This document shows, piece after piece, positions 1 through 9,635 of a stretch of DNA of 64,000 bases (its first letter is position 1; every line of letters starts with the position of its first letter). The position numbers and the translations under genes are program-made. The DNA lies in the NCBI GenBank assembly GCA_964461265.1, contig CAYWTS010000004.1:52112-116111 (forward strand). Reading direction: 5' to 3'. The notes beneath the pieces were generated by a model that was not told the origin of the DNA, did not search any database, and was given only the letters and a program-made list of their open reading frames with translations. The stretch is from an uncultured Ignavibacteriales bacterium (GTDB lineage: Bacteria > Bacteroidota > Ignavibacteria > Tepidaquicellales > OLB5).

Positions 1-161
1 GCAAGTTCTAAGTCAAGCTCCTGTATATACTGAATATATTCCAGAAAATCTTTTGTAATTTTTGATATGGGAATGTTATATATATCAAGCTCATCCCGCT
101 GTATAAAAAACAGCAGCAGGTCTAGAGGACCTTCAAATTCATTAAGTTTTATGCGGTACAT
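1..161 (-). CDS. scpA: Segregation and condensation protein A (ScpA); only the first ~53 codons, gene runs off the left edge
   Basis: Manual minus-strand translation from ATG at 161..159: MYRIKLNEFEGPLDLLLFFIQRDELDIYNIPISKITKDFLEYIQYIQELDLEL. This matches the conserved ScpA N-terminus (FEGPLDLLL, DIY.IPI..IT). Absent from the ORF track because it is truncated. Confidence 0.7.
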   Translation of the reverse strand, partial: MYRIKLNEFEGPLDLLLFFIQRDELDIYNIPISKITKDFLEYIQYIQELDLEL

Positions 162-301
162 TGAGCAAATATAACCTTAAGGTGATTGAAAATAAATGAA
201 TTACTGAAATTTCTTTAATTCACAGATAAATTTTAGTTTTCAGTGATTGTTTTAATTGATTTTCGGGAGTAATTTATAAAAAAATTAAGTCTCTGAAAGC
301 C

Positions 302-721
302 ATGATTACTCAGAAAGAGTTTCAACTTAAAGCCCGTTCCAGAGGATTCCATTTAATTACATCTGAAATTCTTGAGCACATTCCGGAAATAAAAAGTATC
401 CGTAAGGGTATTGCTAATTTTTTCATACAGCATACTTCAGCTTCGTTAACGATAAATGAAAATGCCGATCCTGATGTAAGAACCGATATGGAAACACATT
501 TAAACCGCCTAGTTCCTGAAAATGCAGATTATTACCTGCATACATCCGAAGGACCTGATGACATGACTTCCCATATCAAGACTACAATTATAGGTGCAAA
601 TCTTTTAATACCAATAACAAATGGAAGATTAAACCTTGGTACATGGCAGGGGATTTACCTGTGCGAACACCGTAATAATGCAGGAAGAAGAAAAATAGTT
701 GCTACTGTTTTTGGAGAGTAA
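302..721 (+). CDS. YjbQ/UPF0047 family protein (secondary thiamine-phosphate synthase-like)
   Basis: 139 aa. Characteristic F.I.T.EI, HTSASLTINEN.DPDV..D and SHIK....G..L.IPI..G.L.LGTWQGI.L.EHR motifs across the full length. Confidence 0.85.
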   Translation: MITQKEFQLKARSRGFHLITSEILEHIPEIKSIRKGIANFFIQHTSASLTINENADPDVRTDMETHLNRLVPENADYYLHTSEGPDDMTSHIKTTIIGANLLIPITNGRLNLGTWQGIYLCEHRNNAGRRKIVATVFGE

Positions 722-793
722 ATCGAAATAGAATTACTAATTCAACGACTTAATGAGAATGATTTAGTCGTGGCAGGGGTGCAGATGTTATAT

Positions 794-1648
794 TCACCTC
801 AAATCGAAATAAAACTCTGGAATAGGCGGGGGGTTATTAGTGATATATCTTCCGTTATATTTAATGGTATCTGTTATTTTCCATTCACTGCTGTAAGGCA
901 AGTTAATTTTACCGCGGTATATTCCATCTGAATTTCCAGAAGGTGATACGTTCCCGGAAGAAACACTGTCATGAGTAAGTTCATATACCCTCAGGAACAT
1001 TTCGGCGTTGTTTATCTGCTTGTGGTAGTATAATTGTGCATCAGTTTCGTGAAGCATAACGTGAAAATTGTTTAATCCGGTCTTTGGTGACCATGGCTCA
1101 AGAAGTGTGAGCATATATGTGTATTGGGATGTTGAGTCGTAAAAAAAACGCCACTGTTTTTCGCGGTGGTATGATGTATACATTGCAGTTGAATCGAATA
1201 CTATGCTGTCGTTTTGCGCTCTCTTATAAGTTATAAAACCCCACCAAATCACATCAGGAGGTGAAGTAGGCATATTGAAGATTGCATAACCCTTAAAATA
1301 GTTAATTGAATACTCGTATTTGAAACTGTCGGAAACCGGTGTGCTGTGAGCATATGTTGGTGTCATCCACATCTTTGGGAAAAATTTGATGTACCCTGTA
1401 TTAAGTTCATTGGAACCATCCCATACTTTAAAGTAAACTTTGTTATAACCGGTTGTCAATGAATCCTGCCCGCTTACATAAAGTGATATTTTCATTGTGC
1501 CCGATTGAACCGAATACAGCTCTGTGTAAGAAACCTGATTTGTAAAGTTATTTATCTGATCTTCTTTGCATCCGGCAAAGAAAGTAAAAAATGCTAACAG
1601 AATTAGAAAACCGCAGAAATTTTCAGTTTTTTGTGTTAGTAACTGCAT
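794..1648 (-). CDS. Hypothetical lipoprotein, possibly two FixH/YtkA-like beta-sandwich modules
   Basis: 284-aa ORF. Hydrophobic N-terminus ending in a lipobox-like FFAGC. Two halves with similar pattern (KVYFKVWD...FFPKMWMTPTYAH, and NNFHVMLHE...MFLRVYEL). Function not established. Confidence 0.55.
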   Translation of the reverse strand: MQLLTQKTENFCGFLILLAFFTFFAGCKEDQINNFTNQVSYTELYSVQSGTMKISLYVSGQDSLTTGYNKVYFKVWDGSNELNTGYIKFFPKMWMTPTYAHSTPVSDSFKYEYSINYFKGYAIFNMPTSPPDVIWWGFITYKRAQNDSIVFDSTAMYTSYHREKQWRFFYDSTSQYTYMLTLLEPWSPKTGLNNFHVMLHETDAQLYYHKQINNAEMFLRVYELTHDSVSSGNVSPSGNSDGIYRGKINLPYSSEWKITDTIKYNGRYITNNPPPIPEFYFDLR

Positions 1649-1853
1649 TAATTTAAAAATATCTTTTCAGCAGGCTATTAGCAATACAAAATTAATCATT
1701 CATAATTTGCCCCGGCTTCAAGCTTGCGTGCTGCACCGCAGGGTGAGTTGGAGCAAAACAGATAACCGAAAAAACATAACAGAATACAGTGGAAGAATAA
1801 ATATTATAAGAGTAATTTTGTAACGATTCTTCAATTTATTATTATTTTAATCT

Positions 1854-3512
1854 ATGTCATTTGAAATTAAATCCAATTTTGTAGATATACCCGGCAGGAA
1901 GATTTATCCTGTTAAAATCACGGTTGAAAAGGGGAAAATTGCCTCAATTGAGGAAGTGCAGGGAAACTTTAACAATTATGTACTGCCCGGTTTTATAGAT
2001 GCACATGTTCATATAGAAAGCTCTATGCTTGTGCCTTCGGAGTTTGCAAGGCTTGCAGCAGTTCACGGAACTGTAGCAACTGTTTCGGACCCGCATGAAA
2101 TTGCTAATGTGCTGGGAATGAACGGTATAAGGTTTATGATAGAAAACGGCAATAAAGTTCCTTTTAAATTTTATTTCGGTGCGCCATCATGTGTTCCGGC
2201 TACACCTTTCGAGACTGCGGGAGCTGAAATTACTGCTGATGATATTCGTGAGCTTTTCGAAAAAGACGGACTGAAGTATTTAAGTGAAATGATGAACTAT
2301 CCCGGTGTTTTATTTAATGACACTTCTGTTATGAGGAAAATTGCTATTGCAAAAGAGTATGGTAAACCAATAGATGGTCATGCCCCGGGTTTGAAAGGTA
2401 ATGATGCAAAAAAATACATCGGCGCCGGTATAACAACCGACCATGAATGCTTTACACTTGAAGAAGCATTGGATAAAGTTAAGCAAGGTATGAAAATTCT
2501 GATACGTGAAGGTTCGGCTGCTAAGAACTTCGAGGCTCTGCACCCGCTGATAAAAGATTATCCCGATATGGTTATGTTTTGCAGCGATGACAAACATCCT
2601 AACGACCTGGCTGCCGGACATATTAATGAAATTGTTGTCAGAGCATTGGCTAAAGGTTATGATATGTTTGATGTACTAAAATGTGCATGTATAAATCCGA
2701 TAATACATTACAAACTTGATACAGGATATTTGAGAACAGGTGATGCGGCCGATTTTATTCTTGTAAATAACCTTAATGAATTTAAAATACTTAAAACATA
2801 TATAAATGGTGAACCGGTTGCTGTAGACGGTAAGTCGTTAATAAAACGAATCCAAACAGAAACATTAAATAACTTTAAGGTTGGAAAAAAACAACCGGAA
2901 GATTTTGAAATCAGGGAACAAAAGACTTTTGCTAATGACGGAGTGCCTGTAGTTCCGACAATAAGGGTAATCGAAGCACTTGACGGGCAGCTTATTACAA
3001 ATGAGCTTCATGAAACAGCAACAGTGATAGATGGCAAATTGTCAACTCATACAGGTAAAGACATTATTAAATTAGCTGTAATTAACAGATATTTCGATGC
3101 AAAGCCTGCCGTTGCGTTTATTAAAAATTTTGGTTTAATAAAAGGTGCAATGGCATCATGTGTAGGTCATGATTCTCATAACATTATTGCTGTTGGAGTA
3201 ACTGATAGCGATATTGCAGATGCTGTAAACGGTATTGTTGATTCAAAAGGGGGAATATCGGCTGCTTATGAGGGTAAAGTTGAAGTGCTGCCTCTTCCTG
3301 TAGCTGGAATAATGTCAAACGAAGACGGCTACGCAGTGGCAGAAAAATATACTAAACTGGATAAGTTTGTGAAAGAATTGGGTTCGAAATTGCATGCTCC
3401 GTTTATGACGCTTTCATTTATGGCTCTGCTGGTAATTCCTCAATTAAAATTGAGCGATAAAGGTCTATTTGATGGCGGCAAGTTTGAATTTACGGAGCTT
3501 TTTGTAAAATAA
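1854..3512 (+). CDS. ade: Adenine deaminase
   Basis: 552 aa. N-terminal amidohydrolase metal motif PGFIDAHVHIESSML, then SDPHEIANV and GHAPGL..., as expected for adenine deaminase. A TAATTTTG (TAnnTTTG-type -7 element) lies at 1813..1820, 34 nt upstream. Confidence 0.9.
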   Translation: MSFEIKSNFVDIPGRKIYPVKITVEKGKIASIEEVQGNFNNYVLPGFIDAHVHIESSMLVPSEFARLAAVHGTVATVSDPHEIANVLGMNGIRFMIENGNKVPFKFYFGAPSCVPATPFETAGAEITADDIRELFEKDGLKYLSEMMNYPGVLFNDTSVMRKIAIAKEYGKPIDGHAPGLKGNDAKKYIGAGITTDHECFTLEEALDKVKQGMKILIREGSAAKNFEALHPLIKDYPDMVMFCSDDKHPNDLAAGHINEIVVRALAKGYDMFDVLKCACINPIIHYKLDTGYLRTGDAADFILVNNLNEFKILKTYINGEPVAVDGKSLIKRIQTETLNNFKVGKKQPEDFEIREQKTFANDGVPVVPTIRVIEALDGQLITNELHETATVIDGKLSTHTGKDIIKLAVINRYFDAKPAVAFIKNFGLIKGAMASCVGHDSHNIIAVGVTDSDIADAVNGIVDSKGGISAAYEGKVEVLPLPVAGIMSNEDGYAVAEKYTKLDKFVKELGSKLHAPFMTLSFMALLVIPQLKLSDKGLFDGGKFEFTELFVK

Positions 3513-3577
3513 TTTTTCATACTTCAATAAGTTTATAAAAATACAATAGTTTGACATTTTATTATCCTTGTAAAATA

Positions 3578-3644
3578 TTGACAAAAGTCATTTTTATATA
3601 TGACAATAGTCATAACATTATTATACCATTTTAACTTATTTTTG
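3578..3644 (+). promoter_or_regulatory. Putative oxygen-responsive promoter: two Crp/Fnr-type palindromes plus a TAnnTTTG -7 element upstream of ccoI
   Basis: Box 1, 3578..3591: TTGAC-AAAA-GTCAT. Box 2, 3599..3614: TATGAC-AATA-GTCATA, a perfect 6-4-6 palindrome. Both fit the FNR/FixK core TGA-N6-TCA. Centres are 22 bp apart. TATTTTTG at 3637..3644 lies 21 nt before the TTG start at 3665. Confidence 0.45.
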
Positions 3645-3664
3645 CTCAACTTTTCCATTTTCTG

Positions 3665-6100
3665 TTGGCTGATACAACTTTTACCTCAAAAATAATATGT
3701 TATCACTGCGGTGAAGACTGTCCCTCCGGTTCAGTTCACATTGACGATAAGTACTTCTGTTGCTTAGGCTGTAAAACCGTATATGAGATTTTAAATGAGG
3801 GAAATCTATGCAAATATTATGAAATAGATAAGACTCCCGGCGTATCGCTGAAGAAAGTAAAGCCTGAACAATCGAGAAAGAACAGCTATCTCGATGACCC
3901 GTTAGTTATAAGTAAGCTTCTGGATTTTACTGACGGAAAGCTGGCAAAGATTAGTCTTTTTATTCCGCAAATACATTGCAGTTCGTGTATTTGGCTTTTA
4001 GAAAATTTATACAAGCTCAATAAAAACATTATACATTCCGAAGTAAATTTTCTTCAGAAGAACGTAGTTATCCGGTTTAATATTACCCAAGTCTCATTGA
4101 GGCAGATTGTTGAACTGCTTGCCTCAGTTGGTTATGAACCGCAAATAAATCTTGGCAGCATAGAACAGAAAAATATTATCAAGGTTAACAGGAAACTTTA
4201 CTATAAACTTGGCATAGCGGGATTTTGTTTCGGAAATATTATGCTTCTGAGTTTTCCCGAATATCTATCGGCGGAAAATTTTGTTGAGCACATTTTAAAA
4301 AATTACTTTGGGTTTCTTAATATTATTCTTGCTTTACCTGTAATATTTTACAGCAGTTCCGATTATTTTAAATCGGCATTCGCGGGCTTAAAGCAGAGAA
4401 ATCTTAATATCGATTTCCCTATTTCGCTGGGTTTAGCTGTTTTATTTCTGAGAAGTGTTTTTGAAGTCGTTACAAATACAGGTCCGGGATTCTTCGATTC
4501 GTTGTCGGGGCTTGTATTCTTCCTGTTAATCGGTAAAGTTTTCCAGGGTAAAACCTACGATGCATTGAATTTTGAGAGGAATTATAAATCTTATTTCCCT
4601 CTATCGGTAGCTGTAAAAAAAGAAGGTAATGAAATAATAGTGCCTGTTTCAAATATCAAACAGGGTGATAGAATTATTATAAGGAACAATGAATTAATAC
4701 CTGCAGATGCAATACTCTTCAGTCCATCGGCAGATATCGACTACAGCTTTGTGACAGGTGAAGCAGTTCCTATAGGTAAAGTAGCTGGCGAGATAATTTA
4801 CGCAGGCGGGAGACAAATTGGTCCAGCGGTTGAAATGGAAGTAATACGGACAGTCTCGCAAAGCTATCTTACACAGCTCTGGAATAATGAAGCTTTTGTG
4901 AAACGGGATGAGAGCAGGATTAATTCGATAGTAAATACAGTAGGAAAATATTTTACTATTGTAATAATACTTGTGGCAATAGCTGCTGCATTATACTGGC
5001 TGCCCGTAAGTGTTAAAACTGCCGTGAATGCGTTTACTGCTGTATTAATTATTGCATGTCCATGCGGCATAGCACTGACAAATCCTTTTGCACTTGGTAA
5101 TGCTATGCGTATACTTGGCAGGAATAAATTCTATCTGAAGAATGCATCGGTAGTTGAGAAACTTTCGAGAATCGATACAGTTGTTTTCGACAAAACAGGA
5201 ACCATTACACAAACAGGTAGTTCGGAGGTTAGCTTTATCGGAAGTGTTTTAAATTCTGCAGAGCTGAGACTTGTTAAGTCACTTGTTCATAACTCAACCC
5301 ACCCGCTTAGCTCAATTATCTATGAAGCAATAAATGAAGATGAACTGTTTGAAGTAAAAGATTTCTGCGAATCAGTAAGTAAAGGACTGGAAGGAAACAT
5401 AGAAGGTTACAAGGTGAGGATAGGTTCAGCGTTATTTATTGCTAACGGTCAAAATTTGCTGAAATACTGGGATATTCCCGAAAATAAACTTAATACTCGA
5501 ATATTTCTGTCGATTGATAATCACATAAAAGGGTATTTCAGCATAAATAATGCGTACCGAGTCGGACTTAATAATGTTATCTCTCAGCTTAAAAAACGTT
5601 ATGAGCTTTCGCTTGTTTCAGGAGATAATGATACTGAAAAAGAAAACCTGGAAAGTTATTTTGGCAAAGATGCACTTTTATACTTTAATCATAAACCTGC
5701 TGACAAGCTGAACTACATTAAGCTTCAGCAGGCACTTAATAAGAAAGTTTTGATGATTGGGGATGGATTGAATGACGCTGGTGCTTTACAGCAGAGCGAT
5801 GTTGGTGTGGCTATTTCGGAAGATGTCACAAGTTTTTCCCCTGCCTGTGATGCTATCCTTGATGCTTCGGTATTCAGCAGGTTTTCGGATTTTATTAAGT
5901 TTGCTGTAACCACGAGGACGATAATAATAATGAGTTATGCAATTTCCGTTTTATATAATGTAATTGGTATTTTGCTTGCTTTTAGCTCTGCTGTTACACC
6001 GCTTATGGCTGCAATCTTGATGCCGGTTAGTTCAGTTACTGTTGTGTTATTTACAGTGGTTTCAACTAACCTGGCAGCCAAAAGTAAAGGATTGTTATGA
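3665..6100 (+). CDS. ccoI: Copper-translocating P1B-type ATPase, CcoI/FixI type (cbb3 oxidase maturation)
   Basis: 811 aa, TTG start. Cys-rich N-terminal metal-binding domain (CYHCGEDC...CCLGCKTVYE), HMA-like CSSC, membrane CPC motif (IIACPCGIAL), phosphorylation site VVFDKTGTIT, hinge GDGLNDAGAL. Sits at the head of the cco cluster. Confidence 0.85.
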   Translation: MADTTFTSKIICYHCGEDCPSGSVHIDDKYFCCLGCKTVYEILNEGNLCKYYEIDKTPGVSLKKVKPEQSRKNSYLDDPLVISKLLDFTDGKLAKISLFIPQIHCSSCIWLLENLYKLNKNIIHSEVNFLQKNVVIRFNITQVSLRQIVELLASVGYEPQINLGSIEQKNIIKVNRKLYYKLGIAGFCFGNIMLLSFPEYLSAENFVEHILKNYFGFLNIILALPVIFYSSSDYFKSAFAGLKQRNLNIDFPISLGLAVLFLRSVFEVVTNTGPGFFDSLSGLVFFLLIGKVFQGKTYDALNFERNYKSYFPLSVAVKKEGNEIIVPVSNIKQGDRIIIRNNELIPADAILFSPSADIDYSFVTGEAVPIGKVAGEIIYAGGRQIGPAVEMEVIRTVSQSYLTQLWNNEAFVKRDESRINSIVNTVGKYFTIVIILVAIAAALYWLPVSVKTAVNAFTAVLIIACPCGIALTNPFALGNAMRILGRNKFYLKNASVVEKLSRIDTVVFDKTGTITQTGSSEVSFIGSVLNSAELRLVKSLVHNSTHPLSSIIYEAINEDELFEVKDFCESVSKGLEGNIEGYKVRIGSALFIANGQNLLKYWDIPENKLNTRIFLSIDNHIKGYFSINNAYRVGLNNVISQLKKRYELSLVSGDNDTEKENLESYFGKDALLYFNHKPADKLNYIKLQQALNKKVLMIGDGLNDAGALQQSDVGVAISEDVTSFSPACDAILDASVFSRFSDFIKFAVTTRTIIIMSYAISVLYNVIGILLAFSSAVTPLMAAILMPVSSVTVVLFTVVSTNLAAKSKGLL

Positions 6101-6276
6101 GCGTTGTTGTAGTATTGATAGGATTTAGCTTGCTTGTTGCGGCTGGCTTTCTTTTTGCATTTATATGGGCGGTTAAGAGCGGACAGTATGATGACCGCTA
6201 TACACCATCGGTCCGTATTCTATTTGAAAATGAATTAACAGGTAATAAACAAACTAATCGGAAAGAACAAAAATGA
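6097..6276 (+). CDS. ccoS: cbb3-type cytochrome oxidase maturation protein CcoS
   Basis: 59-aa ORF found by hand (below the track cutoff): MSVVVVLIGFSLLVAAGFLFAFIWAVKSGQYDDRYTPSVRILFENELTGNKQTNRKEQK. Single TM followed by the CcoS signature W..KSGQ(Y/F)DD. Its ATG overlaps the ccoI stop (ATGA) and its stop overlaps the next ATG (ATGA). Confidence 0.8.
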   Translation: MSVVVVLIGFSLLVAAGFLFAFIWAVKSGQYDDRYTPSVRILFENELTGNKQTNRKEQK

Positions 6277-7475
6277 AATTCGATCCCAGCATGGCAATTC
6301 ACGATTACTTGGTTTTTGGTGAATTCGGAGACGTTAATCCGTCAATTACCGATTCATCTACTTTCACGTTCCTTTCACAGGAACGAATGGAAGAAGTGTT
6401 TGACCATGAAATTGAAGGCTGTTTTTTATATTCAAGACACTGGAACCCGATTAATAAATATTTGTCAGGTGCACTTGCAAGGCTCGAATCGAGCGAATCG
6501 GCACAGGTAACAGCTTCCGGTATGGGTGCTATTACATGCACTATATTACAGCTGTGCAAATCGGGCGACGAGATAATTTCGAGCAGGACAATTTATGGCG
6601 GAACTTATGCTTTCTTTAAAAATTTCCTGCCCAGGCTAAATATAAAAGTTAAGTTTGTAGATTTTAAAAACCATAAGGCAATCGAGAAATTAATAACCGG
6701 TAAAACCAAAATTATTTACGGTGAATCGATCAGCAACCCGCTCCTGGAAGTTGCAAACATACCTGTGATAAGTAAAATTGCAAAGAAATACGGAGTGAAG
6801 CTGGTTATCGATAATACTTTCAGCCCAATGATATTTTCACCAATCAGGCTTGGTGCCGATGTTGTTGTGCACAGCATGACTAAATATATAAATGGAACCA
6901 GTGACTGTGTTGCAGGCTGTATCTGTGCTTCGGATGATTTCATACACAAGCTTAACGATATTAATTCGGGTGCAAGTATGCTGCTTGGTCCTGTACTCGA
7001 TAGTTTCAGGGCTGCAAGCATACTTAAGAATCTTCATAGTCTTCATATTAGGATGAAAAAACATGGTGAAAATGCAATGTATCTTGCTAAAAAACTTGAA
7101 ATGCTTGGTTTAAGGGTGTTCTACCCCGGATTAAAATCTCATCACCAGCATAAATTATTCATTTCTCTTATGAATGATAACTTTGGATTTAGCGGTATGA
7201 TGGCAGTAGATGTGGGTTCTTATGAGAATGCTGCTAAATTAATGGTAAGAATGCAGGATGAAAAGGTAGGGTACCTTGCTGTTAGCCTGGGCTATTTTAA
7301 AACTTTATTCAGTTCACCGGGGCACAGCACCTCATCCGAAATTCCGCATGATGAGCAGGAAAAAATGGGCTTAATGGAGGGTCTTGTAAGGTTTTCTGTG
7401 GGAATAGATAATGATATCTCCATTGCCTACAAAAGAATTAAAAAGTGTTTAAATGAACTTAAAATAATTAAATAA
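6273..7475 (+). CDS. Cys/Met-metabolism PLP-dependent enzyme (methionine gamma-lyase / cystathionine gamma-synthase family)
   Basis: 400 aa. GDVNPSI.DSSTFTF N-terminal motif, PLP-lysine motif HSMTKYINGTSD, and C-terminal VSLG....L...P...TS typical of the family. Confidence 0.8.
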   Translation: MKFDPSMAIHDYLVFGEFGDVNPSITDSSTFTFLSQERMEEVFDHEIEGCFLYSRHWNPINKYLSGALARLESSESAQVTASGMGAITCTILQLCKSGDEIISSRTIYGGTYAFFKNFLPRLNIKVKFVDFKNHKAIEKLITGKTKIIYGESISNPLLEVANIPVISKIAKKYGVKLVIDNTFSPMIFSPIRLGADVVVHSMTKYINGTSDCVAGCICASDDFIHKLNDINSGASMLLGPVLDSFRAASILKNLHSLHIRMKKHGENAMYLAKKLEMLGLRVFYPGLKSHHQHKLFISLMNDNFGFSGMMAVDVGSYENAAKLMVRMQDEKVGYLAVSLGYFKTLFSSPGHSTSSEIPHDEQEKMGLMEGLVRFSVGIDNDISIAYKRIKKCLNELKIIK

Positions 7476-7495
7476 AAACGGAGACTTCATTACTA

Positions 7496-9634
7496 ATGGA
7501 AATGGAAAAATTCAGCTACGATAATTCGATTGTACGCAAGTTTACAATTGCAACAATCATATGGGGTGTAGTCGGGATGCTTGTGGGTTTATTGATTGCG
7601 GTTCAACTGTATTTACCTTCATTAAACTTTGGCATACCATATACCACATTCAGCCACTTACGCCCTCTGCATACTAATGGAATAATCTTTGCATTTGTCG
7701 GGAATGCTATATTTATGGGAGTATATTACTCTCTTCAGAGGCTATGCAAAGCAAGAATGTTCAGTGATTTACTTGGAAAGTTACACTTCTGGGGATGGCA
7801 GTTAATAATTTTAAGTGCTGCCGTAACTTTACCTCTCGGAATTACAACCAGTAAAGAATATGCAGAGCTTGAATGGCCAATAGATGTTCTCATTGCAGTT
7901 GTCTGGGTAATATTTGCTATTAACATGTTCGGTACTATTGCAAAAAGACGGGAAAAACATATGTACGTTGCAATTTGGTTTTATATTGCGACTGTAATTA
8001 CGATAGCTGTGCTTCATATAGTAAACTCTATCGAACTTCCTGTTTCATTTTTTAAAAGTTACCCTGTTTATGCAGGTGTTCAGGATGCGTTGGTCCAATG
8101 GTGGTATGGACATAATGCGGTTGCATTCTTTCTCACGACACCATACCTCGGTTTAATGTATTACTTTTTACCTAAGGCAGCCAACCGTCCTATATATTCA
8201 TACAGACTTTCAATTCTCCATTTTTGGGCATTGATATTTATTTATATTTGGGCGGGTCCTCATCACCTGCTTTATACTGCATTACCTGATTGGGCGCAAT
8301 CGCTTGGAACGGTTTTTTCGATTATGTTAATAGCTCCTTCGTGGGGAGGTATGATAAACGGCTTACTGACATTAAGAGGAGCGTGGGATAAAGTCCGTGA
8401 AGAACCAGTACTTAAATTTATGGTGGTTGCAGTTACTGCCTACGGTATGGCAACTTTTGAAGGTCCGATGCTTTCACTGAAAAATTTAAATGCAATTGCA
8501 CATTATACCGACTGGATAATTTCACACGTTCATATCGGTGCTCTCGGATGGAATGGTTTTCTTACTTTTGGTATTCTTTACTGGCTTATTCCAAGACTTT
8601 ATGGGACGCAGCTTTATTCTAAAAAGCTTGCCAATCTGCATTTCTGGCTTTCTATGCTCGGAATAGTATTCTATGCATCAGCTATGTATTGGTCGGGTAT
8701 TACACAGTCTTTAATGTGGAAACAGTTCACACCGGAAGGAGTATTGCAATATCCTAACTTCCTTGAAACCACAACGCAGATTATTCCGATGTATATTATC
8801 CGTTCACTTGGCGGGTTGATGTATTTTACCGGTCTTTTTATTATGGTTTATAATCTTGCCAAAACTATGAAATCTGGTTCTTTTATAGCTGAAGAGTCAG
8901 CTGAAGCACCTCCAAGGGAAGTAGTTGAGTCAGGAAGCGAAAAAGAACGAAGACACAGATGGCTCGAAAAACGCCCTGTTAAATTTGCACTGATATCGGC
9001 TGTAGTAGTGCTGATTGGAGGACTTGTAGAATTAATACCTACGTTTCTGATTAAATCGAACATTCCCACAATAGCCAGCGTAAAACCATATACACCGCTT
9101 GAGCTGCAAGGCCGAGATTTATACATACGCGAAGGGTGCAACACATGCCATTCCCAGCTGGTTCGTCCGTTCCGTTCGGAAACTGAGAGGTATGGTGAAT
9201 ATTCAAAAGCCGGCGAATTTGTTTATGACCACCCCTTCCTGTGGGGTTCCAAAAGAACAGGACCCGACTTGCACCGAGTAGGGAAAAAATATCCTAATGT
9301 ATGGCACTATCTGCATATGGAAAATCCCGAACAAATTTCACCCGGTTCTATAATGCCGGCTTATCCATGGCTGTTGACCAACACACTTGATATCTCGACA
9401 ACTGCTTCAAAAATAAGTGCGATGAAGAGCCTCGGAACTCCTTATCCCGAAGGTTATGAAGAAATTGCACTTACTGACCTGATAAAGCAAGCCGACGAGA
9501 TTGCTAAAGATTTACAGAAAAATGGTGCTGCTGTAGACGGTGATAAAGAAATAATTGCTTTGATAGCTTACCTGCAAAGACTTGGAACTGATATCAAGGG
9601 TGATAAACCTGCAATTAATATGGAGGGCAAGTAA
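7496..9634 (+). CDS. ccoNO: cbb3-type cytochrome c oxidase, fused subunits I and II (CcoN-CcoO)
   Basis: 712 aa. About 470 aa of polytopic heme-copper oxidase core, then a linker, then a CcoO-like TM (RWLEKRPVKFALISAVVVLIGGLVELIPTF) and one heme-c site CNTCHSQ. GGAG Shine-Dalgarno upstream. Confidence 0.9.
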   Translation: MEMEKFSYDNSIVRKFTIATIIWGVVGMLVGLLIAVQLYLPSLNFGIPYTTFSHLRPLHTNGIIFAFVGNAIFMGVYYSLQRLCKARMFSDLLGKLHFWGWQLIILSAAVTLPLGITTSKEYAELEWPIDVLIAVVWVIFAINMFGTIAKRREKHMYVAIWFYIATVITIAVLHIVNSIELPVSFFKSYPVYAGVQDALVQWWYGHNAVAFFLTTPYLGLMYYFLPKAANRPIYSYRLSILHFWALIFIYIWAGPHHLLYTALPDWAQSLGTVFSIMLIAPSWGGMINGLLTLRGAWDKVREEPVLKFMVVAVTAYGMATFEGPMLSLKNLNAIAHYTDWIISHVHIGALGWNGFLTFGILYWLIPRLYGTQLYSKKLANLHFWLSMLGIVFYASAMYWSGITQSLMWKQFTPEGVLQYPNFLETTTQIIPMYIIRSLGGLMYFTGLFIMVYNLAKTMKSGSFIAEESAEAPPREVVESGSEKERRHRWLEKRPVKFALISAVVVLIGGLVELIPTFLIKSNIPTIASVKPYTPLELQGRDLYIREGCNTCHSQLVRPFRSETERYGEYSKAGEFVYDHPFLWGSKRTGPDLHRVGKKYPNVWHYLHMENPEQISPGSIMPAYPWLLTNTLDISTTASKISAMKSLGTPYPEGYEEIALTDLIKQADEIAKDLQKNGAAVDGDKEIIALIAYLQRLGTDIKGDKPAINMEGK

Positions 9635-9635
9635 A

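Noticed and set aside
1690-1800. GC-richer patch (GCCCCGGCTTCAAGCTTGCGTGCTGCACCGCAGGGTGAGTTGGAGC) upstream of adenine deaminase. Considered as a purine riboswitch.
   Set aside because: I could not find the purine-riboswitch core: the conserved junction sequences, the two loop-loop hairpins or the P1 pairing. Only short local complementarity is present, so there is not enough to call it.
1566-1823. 85-aa plus-strand ORF spanning the 5' end of the lipoprotein gene and the divergent promoter region.
   Set aside because: It overlaps the start of the minus-strand lipoprotein gene, runs through an obvious promoter region including the TAATTTTG element, and has no motif. Judged spurious.
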